Assembly: GCA_021432655.1 (NCBI GenBank)
Contig: MU271237.1
Span: 77,132 to 128,346, forward strand
Length of the DNA: 51,215 bases
DNA from: Atractiella rhizophila
Lineage: Eukaryota
Reading direction: 5' to 3'
The position numbers were made by a program, and so were the translations under genes. Under the pieces are notes generated by a model. The model did not search any database. It saw only the letters and a list, made by a program, of their open reading frames with translations, and had not been told where the DNA came from. Positions 1-12,400 of the stretch are shown here, in pieces (position 1 is the first letter of the stretch; every line of letters begins with the position of its first letter).

Positions 1-1944
1 CTCTCTATATCCGTGCAGGAGTTCTCTGTCCACCGTGAGATGAAAAGACGCTCCCGTGTCGACGTAGAAAGGAGAGTCCGCCGCAACTGATTCTCCAATG
101 AACATTGCAGTCACAACGTCTGCTTGGTCCGTGAGGGAGGGAGGATTTGAGTCGGAATCCGTGTCCTGAGCTCCATCCGTGGTGGGAGGATCGTGAGCGT
201 TACCTGCGTCTTCTCCTTGCTCGAGAGCTTCGAATTCGTTATTCATTTGCTCGTCCCCTGGGGAGGATAGGAGGCCGGGATTGAGCAGGGCCAAATCGAT
301 GAGTGAAGCCAAAGTCCTCCTAAAGGCTCGTTGATGCTCATAGTTCGCTTCCCAGTCGCCTAGTCGTAGTAGAGTCAACTTGAAATGAAGGTCGTCCTCG
401 TATGCATCCACCTTCTGCAACTGCAGGGTCGCTCCATCCCCTTCCATGAGTCGCTCCTTCACATGCACCAGAGTGCGGATCAGCAACGCTCTCTCCGTCC
501 CTTCCACCACAGAGATCGACTCCCTCCTTAGTGCCTCCTCTTCCTCAGACCTACCACCCTCCATCGTCACCATGTAGGCTCCAGAGTCCACAGTTTCGAG
601 CTCGTCATCGTAATAGTTACTCGTGGCGAATAAGGCTTGAGGTTGTACATTCGAGATGACAGCAGAAGCATCCGAGGTGTCGTGGTCTGAGATTCTTGAG
701 ACCAAAGCCCGTCCATCTCGTTGAGGTAGGTTGATTTCGTAGATCTTGAAGACTCTGTTGAGGGATTTTGCCTGTTCCTCATGAGGGTGGGGACATGCTT
801 TTCCAAAGTGGCCGTCTTGTCCACAGTTGAAACATTGTCGGTTCCCCACTCTGAATTTTCCCACTCCAGTCACTCCGTGTGGCCATTTCTCCCAGTTTGG
901 CACTTCTCGAGCATTTGGGGCTAGGACATTGAGCATGGAAAGGGAGCCGCTGCCATATTGTGAATTCGTCCTCCGGGTGCTTTGATTCGCCCTTTGGGAT
1001 GAGGTCGATTCAGGAATGGACATGCGGTTTACAAGAGGTACGTTCGTGGCCTTGGAGTACGAATCACTCATCCTTGGAACCAACGCGACGTTTCCCCTCG
1101 AACTCCCCCTTTCCTCCTCTCTGGTCCTCAGAGCCACCTCTTCCATCGTCAGCCTCTGCACTACTGCCGCAAGATCAGTCTGCGTCGTTCCCGTGGAGGA
1201 CAGCCATCTTCTGGTTTCATCGGTTAGACCATTGATGAGGATAAGGGCGAAGAATTGATCATTTATCTTCACAGCGTCTTGGACTTCGTGAAACTGCCTT
1301 CTTCGTTCGTGGAGCTTCGCGATCCATTGTGACAACGGCAATTCATTTGGATTGTGGGCGAAGTTGAGGAGTTGCTTGAGCAGGTATGCGACGTCGATAA
1401 ATTCTTGTGAACCGTACTTCTCTTTCAGAATCTTCACCGCCTCTACAGGATCTTCCAGCTCCTCGATGAAAACTCTCGCTGTCTCCCCTGCCGCTTATTT
1501 GAGTATCGACATGGCGATCGCTCTCATCTTCTGGAAATTCGTGAGGGCCTTGATGTACTTCTCCATGTCTTCCGCCGTCGTCTCTTTAGTCACATATCCC
1601 TCTCCCTTCGCGCTCGCTGCTTGAATTTCGGTTAAAGTGAGTCCGTCTGCTGATTGCGGATTGACAGGCTCCGTGATGATTCCTTCAAGAAGAAGTCCGA
1701 CTGAGTTCTGCTGAAGGGTGTTTTTGATCCCTCGAAACCATTTCGTCGCGTTCGCCGGGCTGAGAACTGGTATCTCGTCTTTATTGATGGAAATTTTGTT
1801 TCCAATCAACAATTCAGAGCTGAGTTTCGTGGAGGATGAAACGGTGTATGGGACGCTGAAATTCGTAGGTTGAACAAGATCGTCGGTAGGAGTTTCTTGT
1901 CTAGAGACAGCTCGTCTGCCCGTCGTAGGCCCCGTTGCATCCAT
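1..1944 (-). pseudogene. Copia gag-pol with one in-frame TAA at 1495-1497
   Basis: ORF 1495..1944, the zinc knuckle and the protease motif share one frame (codon ends all divisible by 3). The gag-like translation resumes directly after the stop (AAGETARVFIEELEDPVEAVKILKEKYG). Confidence 0.85.
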
Positions 1945-1980
1945 GTCGGTCGTGGATTCGTCTTGGATCGTATAACGAGC

Positions 1981-1992
1981 CTCTCGCTACCA
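1981..1992 (-). promoter_or_regulatory. Primer binding site TGGTAGCGAGAG, probably for initiator tRNA-Met
   Basis: Complementary to a tRNA 3' end CUCUCGCU-A-CCA. The implied U72/A73 fits the A1:U72 pair of eukaryotic initiator tRNA, and the site resembles the Ty1 PBS TGGTAGCGCC. Confidence 0.8.
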
Positions 1993-1994
1993 AG

Positions 1995-2435
1995 TGAGAA
2001 TTTGGCTAATCGAGGGAGCTAAATTCCCCAGCCACGTACAAAACGATACGAGTAAGATAAACGGAAAGTGGTTTGGGAAAAGGAAACGAATAAGAAAGGA
2101 AGAAAAGCTTTAATAGTGCTGCAGAGCGGAGGAGTGAAATGCAAAGATAAATCCGCAATAAACAAAACGTGCATAAGTTAGTGTGGTGTGTTCCAGTCTG
2201 TCGTGTCTGCTTCCCGATTCACATTTCCATCTCCAACAAACGTGTTAGACAAATGTAATAAGAAACGCAGCTTAGAAAGATCACAGAAGCGTACCTGCAA
2301 GTTAAGGCTCTAGAGACCAGCTGATAAAGTCTCCACGTCACGCAAAGCATCTCGAGACTCTGGCTGAACGGGCCACTTTTGTATATCCCAAGTAAACCAC
2401 TGGGCATAGAACCTACGGTAATACTAAACTTAACA
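1995..2435 (-). repeat. 5' LTR of the Copia element (~441 bp)
   Basis: Has TG...CA ends on the minus strand and abuts the PBS. The partner LTR is outside the window, so the 2435 boundary is inferred from TGTTAAG. Confidence 0.65.
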
Positions 2436-2469
2436 GGAGAACGATGGCAGATGCAAAGTAAACGTACTT

Positions 2470-3400
2470 ATCTATTTCAGCCGCCCCTCCTTTTCGCACC
2501 TCATTCAACTTTGCGTCAATCTTGTTCCAAAAATCTTTCGAAGTGAAAGGGCCATGCTGCCGATCAAAGAAGGCGCTGGAAGGATCCATTAGCCTGTTTA
2601 CAATTACTCAGTTATGGAACACTCACAAGAAATGCGAGCCGTCTTAGCCGCTAACAGCGGCCACCGTCAGTCTCACAATGTCCCATTCGTTCAGAATAGC
2701 TTTCTCAATCTGGAAACCATTAGAACATAGCATGCAGTACGATACGGAACGCTCACAAGGCCTTTAAGATTGGAGCGCTCCTGACCCGCTTCATATTCGA
2801 TTTCCTTCATCAACGTTGTCTTCATGACTGGGTCTAATGTCCATGCTGCTGCAAAAATGGTTGTTCCGGCATCTCGCTCAACCTTCTCAATGTATTTCTA
2901 TCGTGAAATCAGTGAATGAGCTCGGTGTGAAACAGAAGGCACTGACCCTGGCCCGATCCCCAAACTTCAATTTGTAAGCAAATAGATCATGAGCGCGAAG
3001 TAGCTCAGAGATGAGTTGGCGAAGATAATCCTGCAGACAAGTGTTAGGCAATGGTACTTAGCAAGATACACACACACCTTCATCTCTTTACTAACCGTCC
3101 ACTGTTGAACGAGGGCATGACGATGCTGTCTCACTTCACAAATAATAACGAGGAGATCTGCCTTGAGCTCCACCTTCTGTAATGCTTCGTGTGCCTATCC
3201 GTTATTCAAGAAGAGGGTGACACACTGTATCTTCATTCAGATCACAGAAAGGGACTTACAGCGCCAAACCGGAGCAAATTAGGAAGATCTACGGCCTCTA
3301 ACGCAGGGCGGGCAGCAATGAGGCCTTCTACTGCAGTGCGAAATTCTTGGAAGCTCAACTCCCTGCTGGTCATGGTCGTGGTCGCCTCTTGAACTTGTTG
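2470..3400 (-). pseudogene. Spliced, decayed hypothetical gene divergent from the neighbouring transposase; probable accessory ORF of that element
   Basis: Protein-like exons (MTSRELSFQEFRTAVEGLIAARP; KYIEKVERDAGTTIFAAAW; KDFWNKIDAKLNEVRK) separated by GT-AG introns, with in-frame stops. Confidence 0.35.
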
Positions 3401-3833
3401 TCTTGGCAGCCGATGCCTCAGCGCTTTCCTCAACGTGTTTCTGTTCACGTGAAGGAAGCTCTTGACATCGATGTTGTTGGATAATGGAATGATATATTTG
3501 TGCCATTGTGATATTAACATGGGCCTATTACTAGGTGAGAGCGCATGCACTGTTGAGAAATATTTGTTTTATTGTGTTTCTGCCTGGTCACTTCCTGGCC
3601 CTCATTGTCCGCAATCAGACGGAACCTGAGCGTCCCTTATGATGAAACAGAGGACTTGGTCAACAGCTTCTGCTAAGATGTATAGCTCTGTGGGCTGGTG
3701 GTGGATCCAAATATTCGGTGGACAGTTCAGAATGCACAGAGCCAGCGTGTATTGTGTAGAGTGCAGCGTTATATCAGCCGCAATTGAGGTCAAACACATT
3801 TCGCGGTGAGGGTTACATTCAAAGTGAAAAAGG

Positions 3834-6150
3834 ATGGCTGGTATTAGCACAGACTTCTGCCTCCTCCCAGATGGTCGATTTGGTTGTCAGTTCTGCCCAG
3901 GAGTCATATTCTCCAAACCCTCTGATACTATTCGACACAAGAAGCGCTTGGCTCATCAAGAGAGAAAGGCAACTATCAACATGTCGGTTGAGGAGGAGTC
4001 TACTTTTCAGCTCAACGCATATGCTGCAGAGTATCAAAATAATCAGTTCAGGACGCCTGTTGGGCCAATGTACGAGCAGCGAGGAGATGCTTTGCCGGAT
4101 TTTTTTATTCAGAAGACTTCTTTTGTCCAGGGCGTGGTGGAGGATGTCATCAGAGAGTGTCATCCGATGCAGGTTGAAGATGAGGACGTCGAAGGAACCG
4201 AACAGCTTAAGCTGGCACATGAAGAATATTCTAGAGCAAGATATATCTTAGACAACTCAGATGAAGAGTTTGAGTTGGGGGACTTTAAGGGAGAAGAGGA
4301 GGTTGATTTGACATCAGAAGTGGACGAGGAAGGTACATGTTTCCTCATTTATTTTACCCAGCTAAGTGATTCCTTCGAAGATGTTCTGCCGGAACGAGGC
4401 AGACTGCAGGTTCCAGTCTCTGAGGAGTCTGATCGCTGGTTTCCTTACAAAAATAAACGGGTATGTTCTAATGCTGTTGTATTCAGTATTCTAATCAGAT
4501 CTTATACAGCATGCCCTGTGTGATCTCCTCGTCAACTTTTTACGGCACAAGGTCCCAGAATCCCTTTGCAAACTCCTTTGGAAGTTGATACCGGAACTTG
4601 GGCCTGAGAAATGCCTGTTTGAAGCTGAACTACCATCAAAGGAACGGATGAAAGCATTTGCAGAGGAGATGAGAGAGGTTGGAGTAGGCGCTTGTACTCA
4701 TGAGTATCATGGCGATCGGGGGAACTTGGTGTATGTGAATGACCTGAACACCATGATTGCCGAGGTGTGTGATCATTTATTCACACATGTGCTTGATTGA
4801 TCACAGGAAGGATGAATAGTTTATTGGCAATCCTCTGATTCGAAAGCATCTAAACTTTCTTCCTGAAGAAACTGGCAAGATGATCCAAGAGCTTTATCAA
4901 GGTGAAAAGTGGAAGAATGAAGTAAATGCGCGTCTCCTTACACCTTCCATTGTGGTTGGTGGTCAACAGTACTTTGTGGATGAAGTCATTCAACTAAACA
5001 GTGGTCAATACTGCTTCGTGTCACGATGGTTCACAAAAGGAGGTACTGTGCATTGCAGCGGATATGAAGTGCACTGGAGCAAAGAATTTGCCGGTTTTAT
5101 AAATGATCAGAGGCAGGGAATGACAGTTCCTGTCAGTGCCTTTGAACGGAACGGACTAGCCTTGCAGGCCAACACACCGAGTGCCTATGTAGTTGAAGGT
5201 GAGCATTCCTGTTACCTCGACAACTGTCTCTCAAATTGATGCTGCTTACAGCAATGATTGATTCTGAAGGAATCCTTACACACCGACTCGAAGAATGCCG
5301 ACCGATATCAAGTCTCCGAGAATCTTGTAAAGGCCGTCGCGTTGTGACTGTCCCTATCGTATTGTATGCTGATGATACATCGGGGAACCGCTCAAAGAAA
5401 TGGAACAAACATCAGACATTCCTCATGACATTAGCAGGTCTGTATCTCGTTAGCTTCCTTACAAGTATTGATAATGAATGAAGATTGCCCAATAAAATGT
5501 AACAGCAAGAGTTTTGCATACAGTTCCTTGGAACCACAAATGTCGGCACTGTGCTCGAGTTGCTGGAAGGTATTGTCGCCCAGATTCTGTAAGTATTAAC
5601 TAGCAAGTGAGCTCAGCCGGTGATATGGGACTGAGTGCTACAGTGATGCATGGGAGGAACCTGTAGTCGCATTCGACTCTCTCACAGGAGAAGAAATCGT
5701 TTTTCGGCCGCTTCCACTCCTGTTTGAGGGTGACAATCCTATGCAGTGAATTTTGCTCGATTGCAGGACTGGCTTCCCTGAAGTTCTGTCGAGTCTGCAA
5801 AGTCGGGGCTGCTTCTAAGGTAGAAGAGGAAACTGAAGAACACATTCACAGATTCATGACGGTTCGGTGACACTTTACTTTTTAGTATATCCCTGCTGAG
5901 TGGATCTTTCTATAGTGCGGTACTCCACGACTCCCATTTGAAACGCTTGCTTCACTCCAGAAATCTCTCGCCACTGCTGCTGATCCAACACTTCCTAAGA
6001 ATCAAGTTGACCAAGAACAAACAGCCACTGGAGTCAAGGATACCTTTACGGCGTTTTGTATTGATCAGCTTCTTCAGCTCTGCAAAGACTTTCAGGGATC
6101 CAATCAAGAACTTGAGGTAGAAATTCGCAAAGTTGACGGCAACGAGACCG
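3834..6150 (+). pseudogene. Multi-exon CMC/EnSpm(Plavaka)-like fungal transposase, truncated at the 3' end
   Basis: N-terminal C2H2-like CQFC...RHKKRLAH and an acidic tract, then GNPLIRKHLNFLPE, LYQGEKW, PIVLYADDTSGNRSKKWNKH and FEGDNPMQSEFCS...FCRVC (D..D..CxxC arrangement). The expected C-terminal half is absent. The superfamily call rests on motif recall only. Confidence 0.6.
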
Positions 6151-6380
6151 TCTGGGCGATTCCCAACGTCCTGCCAATGCATTGGCCGACGATGCCGCTA
6201 TGGTTGCTTGAGACGAGACTGTGGTTTGTGGTGACATTAATCAGAAACAGGATCGGAGTGAAGTCAAAGGTGGACAAAGTGGAGGAGTCGGAGCGAAGGG
6301 AAGGGAGGTCAAGAAGCGTTGGAGTCCAGCAGAGGAACATACGCATCAAATATCTGCTCATACTGCACTTGGGAGAGGCG

Positions 6381-9300
6381 TAAGGCATCGACACGGTTTT
6401 GTCTTTCGCGAAGACCGCAAGCCCCGCCCGCGACCGTACCTCGGACGGGTATCCCTGCGGGGGGACAGTTTCTCCGTGAGACGAGGACGGTGCGAGTGAC
6501 GGTCTTGATTTCGAGGACGACGATGACCGCGGTCAACCGTGGGATTGACTGTGAGCATCGACGGGGGCACGGGGGCACGGAGGAACTTGTGAGGGAATGG
6601 CGAGGTTGCGAGGGGACGGGGAGATGGTGGGAGCATTAGGCGGAGGGAAGGAGGACTGATGGTCAGGCTTATATGTGCCATACTGTACGGTCCATTTTTT
6701 TTTCTTTGCAATGTGTATCGTGTATGCCGCCCATCATGCCCGCCGTCCCTTCCGCCAACCCCGCCCCCAATCAAGAGCCTGTCGCTCCATCCAGTAATGT
6801 TGTGGACCTTACTGGCTCTGCCCCCTCCGCCCCCGAAAAAGTGCTCTCGCTCGCACTCCGATTCTGAAGAAGACATAGTTGGTGTTGACGACGCTGAAGA
6901 CGCCGGCTATGGGGTAGCATTTGCGAGGAGACCACCAGAAGGGATAAAGAGTATTGTTGGATACGATGCTATAGCAGGCTGGTCCGATCGTGAAATCATC
7001 GGTGAGTATTCATGTTGATTGGATGATGGAAATAGAGGTGATGCGGGTTTGGTAGCTACGGACCTGACACGTTGGCAACAGTCTGAGTGCTATAAGCACT
7101 TCAAACTAGTGCCAGCACTGGAGCGAACAACATTTGAGAAGAGCACTCAATCTGGAAACACTGGTGACCTCCGCATCAGGTACACCTGGACATGCAAGCA
7201 TGACCCCTCGCACAAATTCAGCCGCTTCCGCGATCAAACCAGCACGAAGGACATGACAGCGGATGTCAAAAAATGTGTGGTATGCATTTCTTTCGCTTTG
7301 AGCTGCAAGAGCCTCGCTGAGTATCTGGCATTACCTAGGCCAAACTTGCAAAGAAGCAGACAAAGCTGGCTGCCACTGGAGACACAGTGACAGTATCCGA
7401 ACAGTTTTCACATGGGGACAGGACATTTGCGTCTCGAGTCTATCATGTCCTTTGGTGTGCTACGAAGGCCCGACCCTTTGCGATCACGAAGGACGAATAC
7501 TATCGGAAGATCCGCATCCAGATTGATCAAACTGAAGAGGTGCTAATTCCATATCCCGAACAAATTTCGGAGGATGCCAAAGTTCTGCATCATCAGTGCA
7601 AAGAGGTTGTTGTGCAGAAGCTACAGGTTTGTGACTTCTTTTTCTGCTCAGGAAGCGCATACTGAACAGTAACACAGGCGCTAAAACATGTTCAGTTCTT
7701 TTCGTTGGGTCTTGACGGTTGGACATCACCAATGGGATATTCTTATGTGGCAGTTCTGCTTTATTACCATGACAGCGGCAAGATGAGACACAGGGCATTG
7801 GGCTTTGTAAGGTTTGTTTTTCATGAATTGGACGGAGCATTTCTGATTCAAACTGAAGGATGGCAGAGTCGCACACAGGCTACAATCTCGCAAAGAACAT
7901 TTATAACCTAGTGGTAGAATATGGACTAGAAGCTAGAATGCGTTATTTCTTTTCATCTAACTACAATTATTGAGTTTAGTCTTGGATTTTCTGTGTGATT
8001 GCTGACAATGCCTCCAACAACAACACTTTCGTAGAAGCTCTCGCTGATTATCCAAGCATGGCTGCTTTTCAAGGGGAGAAAACAAGGGTGCGATGTTTTG
8101 ACCACATATTGAATCTGGTCATGGCGGTATGTGATTTGCTTGCCTTTCCGGAATGTGAGCTCATCTGATAGATAATTTTTAGTCGCTTTGGAAAGCCTCT
8201 CACTAAGAGGAGTACAAGGACAGGAACAAACACCGTTGAACCAGATGAGCAAGCCCTCACAGAGTTGGAGCAGGAGCTTGCAGATGAGGTCGCGGAGGCA
8301 CTGGAAGGTGAAGTTAAGTCCCTTCTACTCATTAATATGGTGCGATCATGACATATTCCCAGAGCGGGGGAAGTTTGCATTTGAAGATGGTGTGGTAGAA
8401 GGAAGTGGAAAAGAGATTGCTCAGAAGGAGACCCACGGGCCTCGTCCTATACACGTACCTGAGAAGGATGCAAAGCAAGCTTGCTTTACACTCACCAAGG
8501 TACATTCAACCCAACTTTACCTCAAACTGATCTGATCTGATCATGAGGAAGCTTACTGCTGTGTCCAAACGTGCTCGAGACAGCGACAAGATCTCAGCTG
8601 CTCTGGTCCGAACCATCAAAAATGCAAAGGAGCTCAATCCTGATGGACCATTGAAAGAGGTAGATGCAGATCTGAAGTTGATTCGACACTGTCCTACGAG
8701 ATGGAATGGTAAAGGTGACATGATTGAGAGGGCACTTAAAATGGAGCATGCTGTAATTCAGATTTGTGCTGATCTGACACTCAATCTGGAGGTCTGCAGG
8801 CTCACCGGAGCAGAATGGAAGATCCTGAAGGAAATGCGGCCGACTCTTTCCGTAAGTGTCTCTCTCCAGCCTTGCATAACTTGTTCTAACTTTCAAATAG
8901 ATAGCGAAGAACATCACTTTGGAGTTTTCCAAGACGGACACACCAAACCTTGGAGAGGTTGTCGTTCTCTTTAACAACATTGCGATGCACCTCTCTCACA
9001 TTTATGAGGAGTACCAAGACCCTGTCACGAAAGTGACAGTCAAACCAATGGCGCATAAAGCCATTCAAGCTGGCGCTCAGATTGCACACAAGGTTTTGGA
9101 CAAGTACTATCTGAAATGTGCTGACCACTCGCACATCTACATTTGGGCTCTACGTATGTCACTTTGTCCATGATTCTTACTGACAGGGTTTGGTAGTGCT
9201 TCACCCACAGCGGCGCATGAAGTATCTGAAGATGATAAACTGGGACGAAGAATGGATGAATGATGCGGAGAAGACTCTCTATGACTTTTGGGATAGATAT

Positions 9301-9487
9301 TACAAACCGGATGTTGCGGATGCTTCCAACGAGACCGTTGCTGTGTCCTATCAAGAGGTATTCATTTTCTGATTACAGGTGCAATGGTAACGTATAGGGA
9401 GTAGGATTTTGATACTCTGTCACAATATGACCTTGCCGCTTCAGGCATAGAAAGTGCATCCAGTGGCGCCGAGAATCCTGTCAAGAT
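6381..9487 (+). mobile_element. hAT transposon A, right end missing and interrupted by hAT B
   Basis: Candidate left end TAAGGCATCGACACGG followed by a GC-rich ACGG/CCGT subterminal region, then a hAT transposase. No matching right TIR was found. Confidence 0.65.
6724..9487 (+). pseudogene. hAT A transposase (spliced; frameshift near 6835; lacks the C-terminal dimerisation domain)
   Basis: Motifs WTCKHDPSH, RPFAI, LGLDGWTSP, IADNASNN, RVRCFDHILNLV, IRHCPTRWN and VLHP. No ERxFS motif follows. Confidence 0.8.
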
Positions 9488-12400
9488 TAGGGCTGTCCAC
9501 CGCAACCGTCCGTACCGCTACGGTACGGCTCGGTAGCCCTATCGTAACCGTCCGCACGAGATTTTCCATGACGGTTACGATACGATTCGATTCACTCCAT
9601 TCCACCGTATCGACCGTTCCGGCCTGGGATATTACGGTACGGTGCGGTTTACGGTGACCTGCGGTTCGGGGGGATGGGCCAATGACGGACACCTAGTGAG
9701 TTTTCACCCGTGGCGCTTGCTTTTTTTACTGAGGTGACTTATAGACTGCGACAGCGCAAAGACGGCTGCCAAACGACGTAGGCGCCGTGCTCCTACCCCG
9801 CCTTTCCCTCTCTTCAAACCCCACTTCTCTCTCCCACGGTCATTACTCGCCGCATTATTTATCCACCATATTCGCTGTCATTGGACAGGATTACGCGTTC
9901 CATATCATTCAAAATGGCGAGCACAGGAGACATAGATTCAGGAAAGAGCAAGAGAAAGAGAACAGAGGTGGACCTGGCTGTTAAGAATAATGAGGATGGG
10001 ACGGCCATGAGTGAGGCAAAGAGGAGAAGAACGAAGAAGGTGGAGTGAGTGTTTGTTTATGAGCTGGTACCTGTCTCATGTCGCACTCTGCTTCAGGAAT
10101 TCAACAATCCCGGACTACAACAAGCTGCAACTGATATTCAAAGCACTGCCGCGGCTTCAAAGAGATCCAAACCACGTAAGTCCAGTTCTTTTCTTAACAT
10201 GTACGGAGTAGTCTGACAAGGTGCATAGAAAACTTCCGCACTCTTTAGAAAGCTGCAACCTTTGATCGGTCAAGCAGACAACGTTGAAGAGGACGTCGAC
10301 GAACCAATTCACCGCGCCTTTTCCCTCTGGAGCCCGACCTCTCTTCTCGATATCGGGGGCTTTGAAGGCGTCAGAGCCTTGCAAGATCTGTGGAGGGCTC
10401 TACTCAAGGTTACCCCGCTGCCTCCCAATCGTGGCCCGCTGGAGATCAATGCCCGGAAAGCGGCCATCTGTGCTGGAGCTGCGCGTGTCCACTTCATTTT
10501 GGTTCAGGAGGGATTGGCGGATGACGTTGGAGACGAAGAAGGATCGGAGTTTGAGCTGGAAGAGGAAGAGGTGTCGCTGGAGGATAAGGAGGTTGATCCT
10601 CGAGAGATTGAAAATGAAGACATTGTTCTGGCGATGGAGGAGAATGATAAGGTCGCTCCTGAGAAGAAGGGGAAGAAATCTGGAAAGCAGAGGTTGAGGG
10701 TAGGTACTTCTTCATTCACTATGCTGCTGCTTACAAGTTTATAGCAACCCGAGAGTAAGCCAACGACCGCTACCTCAACCTTCCAGCGTGTTCCAACGCC
10801 ACCACCTCCGACTGCGGATGACAATGAAGTATGAACATTTTTAGCTTGTCATCCTTCCCGTCACGCTAATAATCTTCTTAGAGACGAAGCAGTCGGAGGA
10901 ATCCTGTCTGGTTCTTCTTCGAGGAAACCCAGAAGAAGAACAAAAGGACGGGGTTGAAGTTTCTCGTTGCGAAGTGCTGCCATTGCTCGTGGGAATACCG
11001 GTTCTCTGAGACGGCGAAGGGGAACCTGACAACGATGGAGAGGCACCTATCAGATATGTCAGTTCATGGCAGGCGGACCAGGGACCACTTGCGCTTGCTC
11101 CAAACAAAGAAGGCATCTCGACAAGAAATCACGGAGGAGGACAGAGCCAAAGCGAGAAATGAGAATCATGTAGGCTTTCTGGCTGCCTTTCGGTCCTCAT
11201 AACTTATGACAGACACAGATCACAGAGGTTGATGCTGAAAATGCACGTCGTTTAAAAAAGGGGATTGATGTCCTGGTCAGCGAGCAGCCTGCGAGGTTCG
11301 GGAATAATACTGTGAGTAAATCATCCGCCTCATATGTTGATAATAACAACGCATGTTGCCTGTATAGGATTTCTCCAAAGAACAATTTTTCAAGCTCCTG
11401 GACCGCTTCGTTGTCGAAACCGATCAGCCATTCAGTATTGCCGAAGCGCCATCATTCCGCGAACTTCTTCTCTATTGCCAATGGACCATACCAATTGTCG
11501 AAGGACTGCGGGAATTCATCATCCGCTGCTGTTAATGCTGAGTGGGTCCTCGGAGGAAAGGAAGCGGAAAGTGCTTTGGAGGATGAAGTGACCTTGGGAC
11601 AGGGAAAGAAGCAGGCTGGAATGCCGTTTCCGAGTAGACAGACTGTTGGGAGAAGAGTTGTCGGCATGGGAAAGGGAACCATGGAGAAGTTAGCAAAGGA
11701 ACTGCAGGTTCGCAGTTTTCCCTTTTCTTTTATCCAGCCCTCATTGCGAGCATAGCAACTAAAGACAAAAGTTCATCTCTCACTTGATGCTTGGACATCC
11801 GAGAACAATTTTGCTTTCCTTGCAATTATAGCTCATTATATCAATGAAGCATGGGAGCCTGAAGAGGTTCTTCTGGATTTTCAAGAACTCGATGGACGAC
11901 ATACTGGAGAAAACATGTCTGAGGTAGTGATGAAAGTTGTTGATTTTTATGGTCTTGCGAACCTTGTATGTCCCCTCCGTATTTTCTACTTCATGATGCT
12001 AATGATGGCCAAGTTGGGAACTTTCACCTCTGACAGCGCTTCTAATAATGGGACCCTCGGCCAACATCTGGAAAAGAAGCTGAACAGCAGAGGAATTCCA
12101 TTCAACTCACGTGAAAGATGGATACGGTGCTTCCCTCATATCATTCACCTTGCGGCTCTCCTCCTCCTTCAATCTCTCCAAGTATGGCCCAAAAATCACA
12201 ATTCCAGCGAAGCGTCGACAGCCTCGGTACCCTGGCAAGAATGTGTAACCGAGAAGATGAATGAATTTGCAGAGCCGGAGGGGAAGATCGGCGAGGAGGT
12301 TACTGATGAGGAGTTGAAGCAGCTTCAAGGAGCAATCCCGAAGGTATGTAGCTCACTGCTCAATCTATTCATCTCATAATATTACAGCTTCGAGAATTCA

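Larger units (their letters stand above)
1..2435 (-). mobile_element. Ty1/Copia LTR retrotransposon, 5' part (LTR, PBS, gag, protease); continues off the left window edge
   Basis: Minus strand: LTR TGTTAAG...TTCTCA, then 2 nt, then PBS TGGTAGCGAGAG, then gag with CCHC knuckle CFNCGQDGHFGKAC (793-834) and Copia-type protease motif YVDTGASFHLT near 35-66. Confidence 0.9.

Noticed and set aside
1495..1497. UAA/UAG reassignment or programmed readthrough (single in-frame stops also at 15157, 23331, 31142, 34984, 45706)
   Set aside because: The stops are far too rare for a recoded Gln codon, and several co-occur with frameshifts. The Copia stop lies inside gag, not at a gag-pol boundary. CAR-to-TAR transitions explain them simply.
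9441..9692. Short ORFs rich in TVR/RTV (also 6300-6640, 13624-13800, 18507-19170)
   Set aside because: Artefacts of GC-rich ACCGT/ACGG subterminal repeats of the hAT elements.
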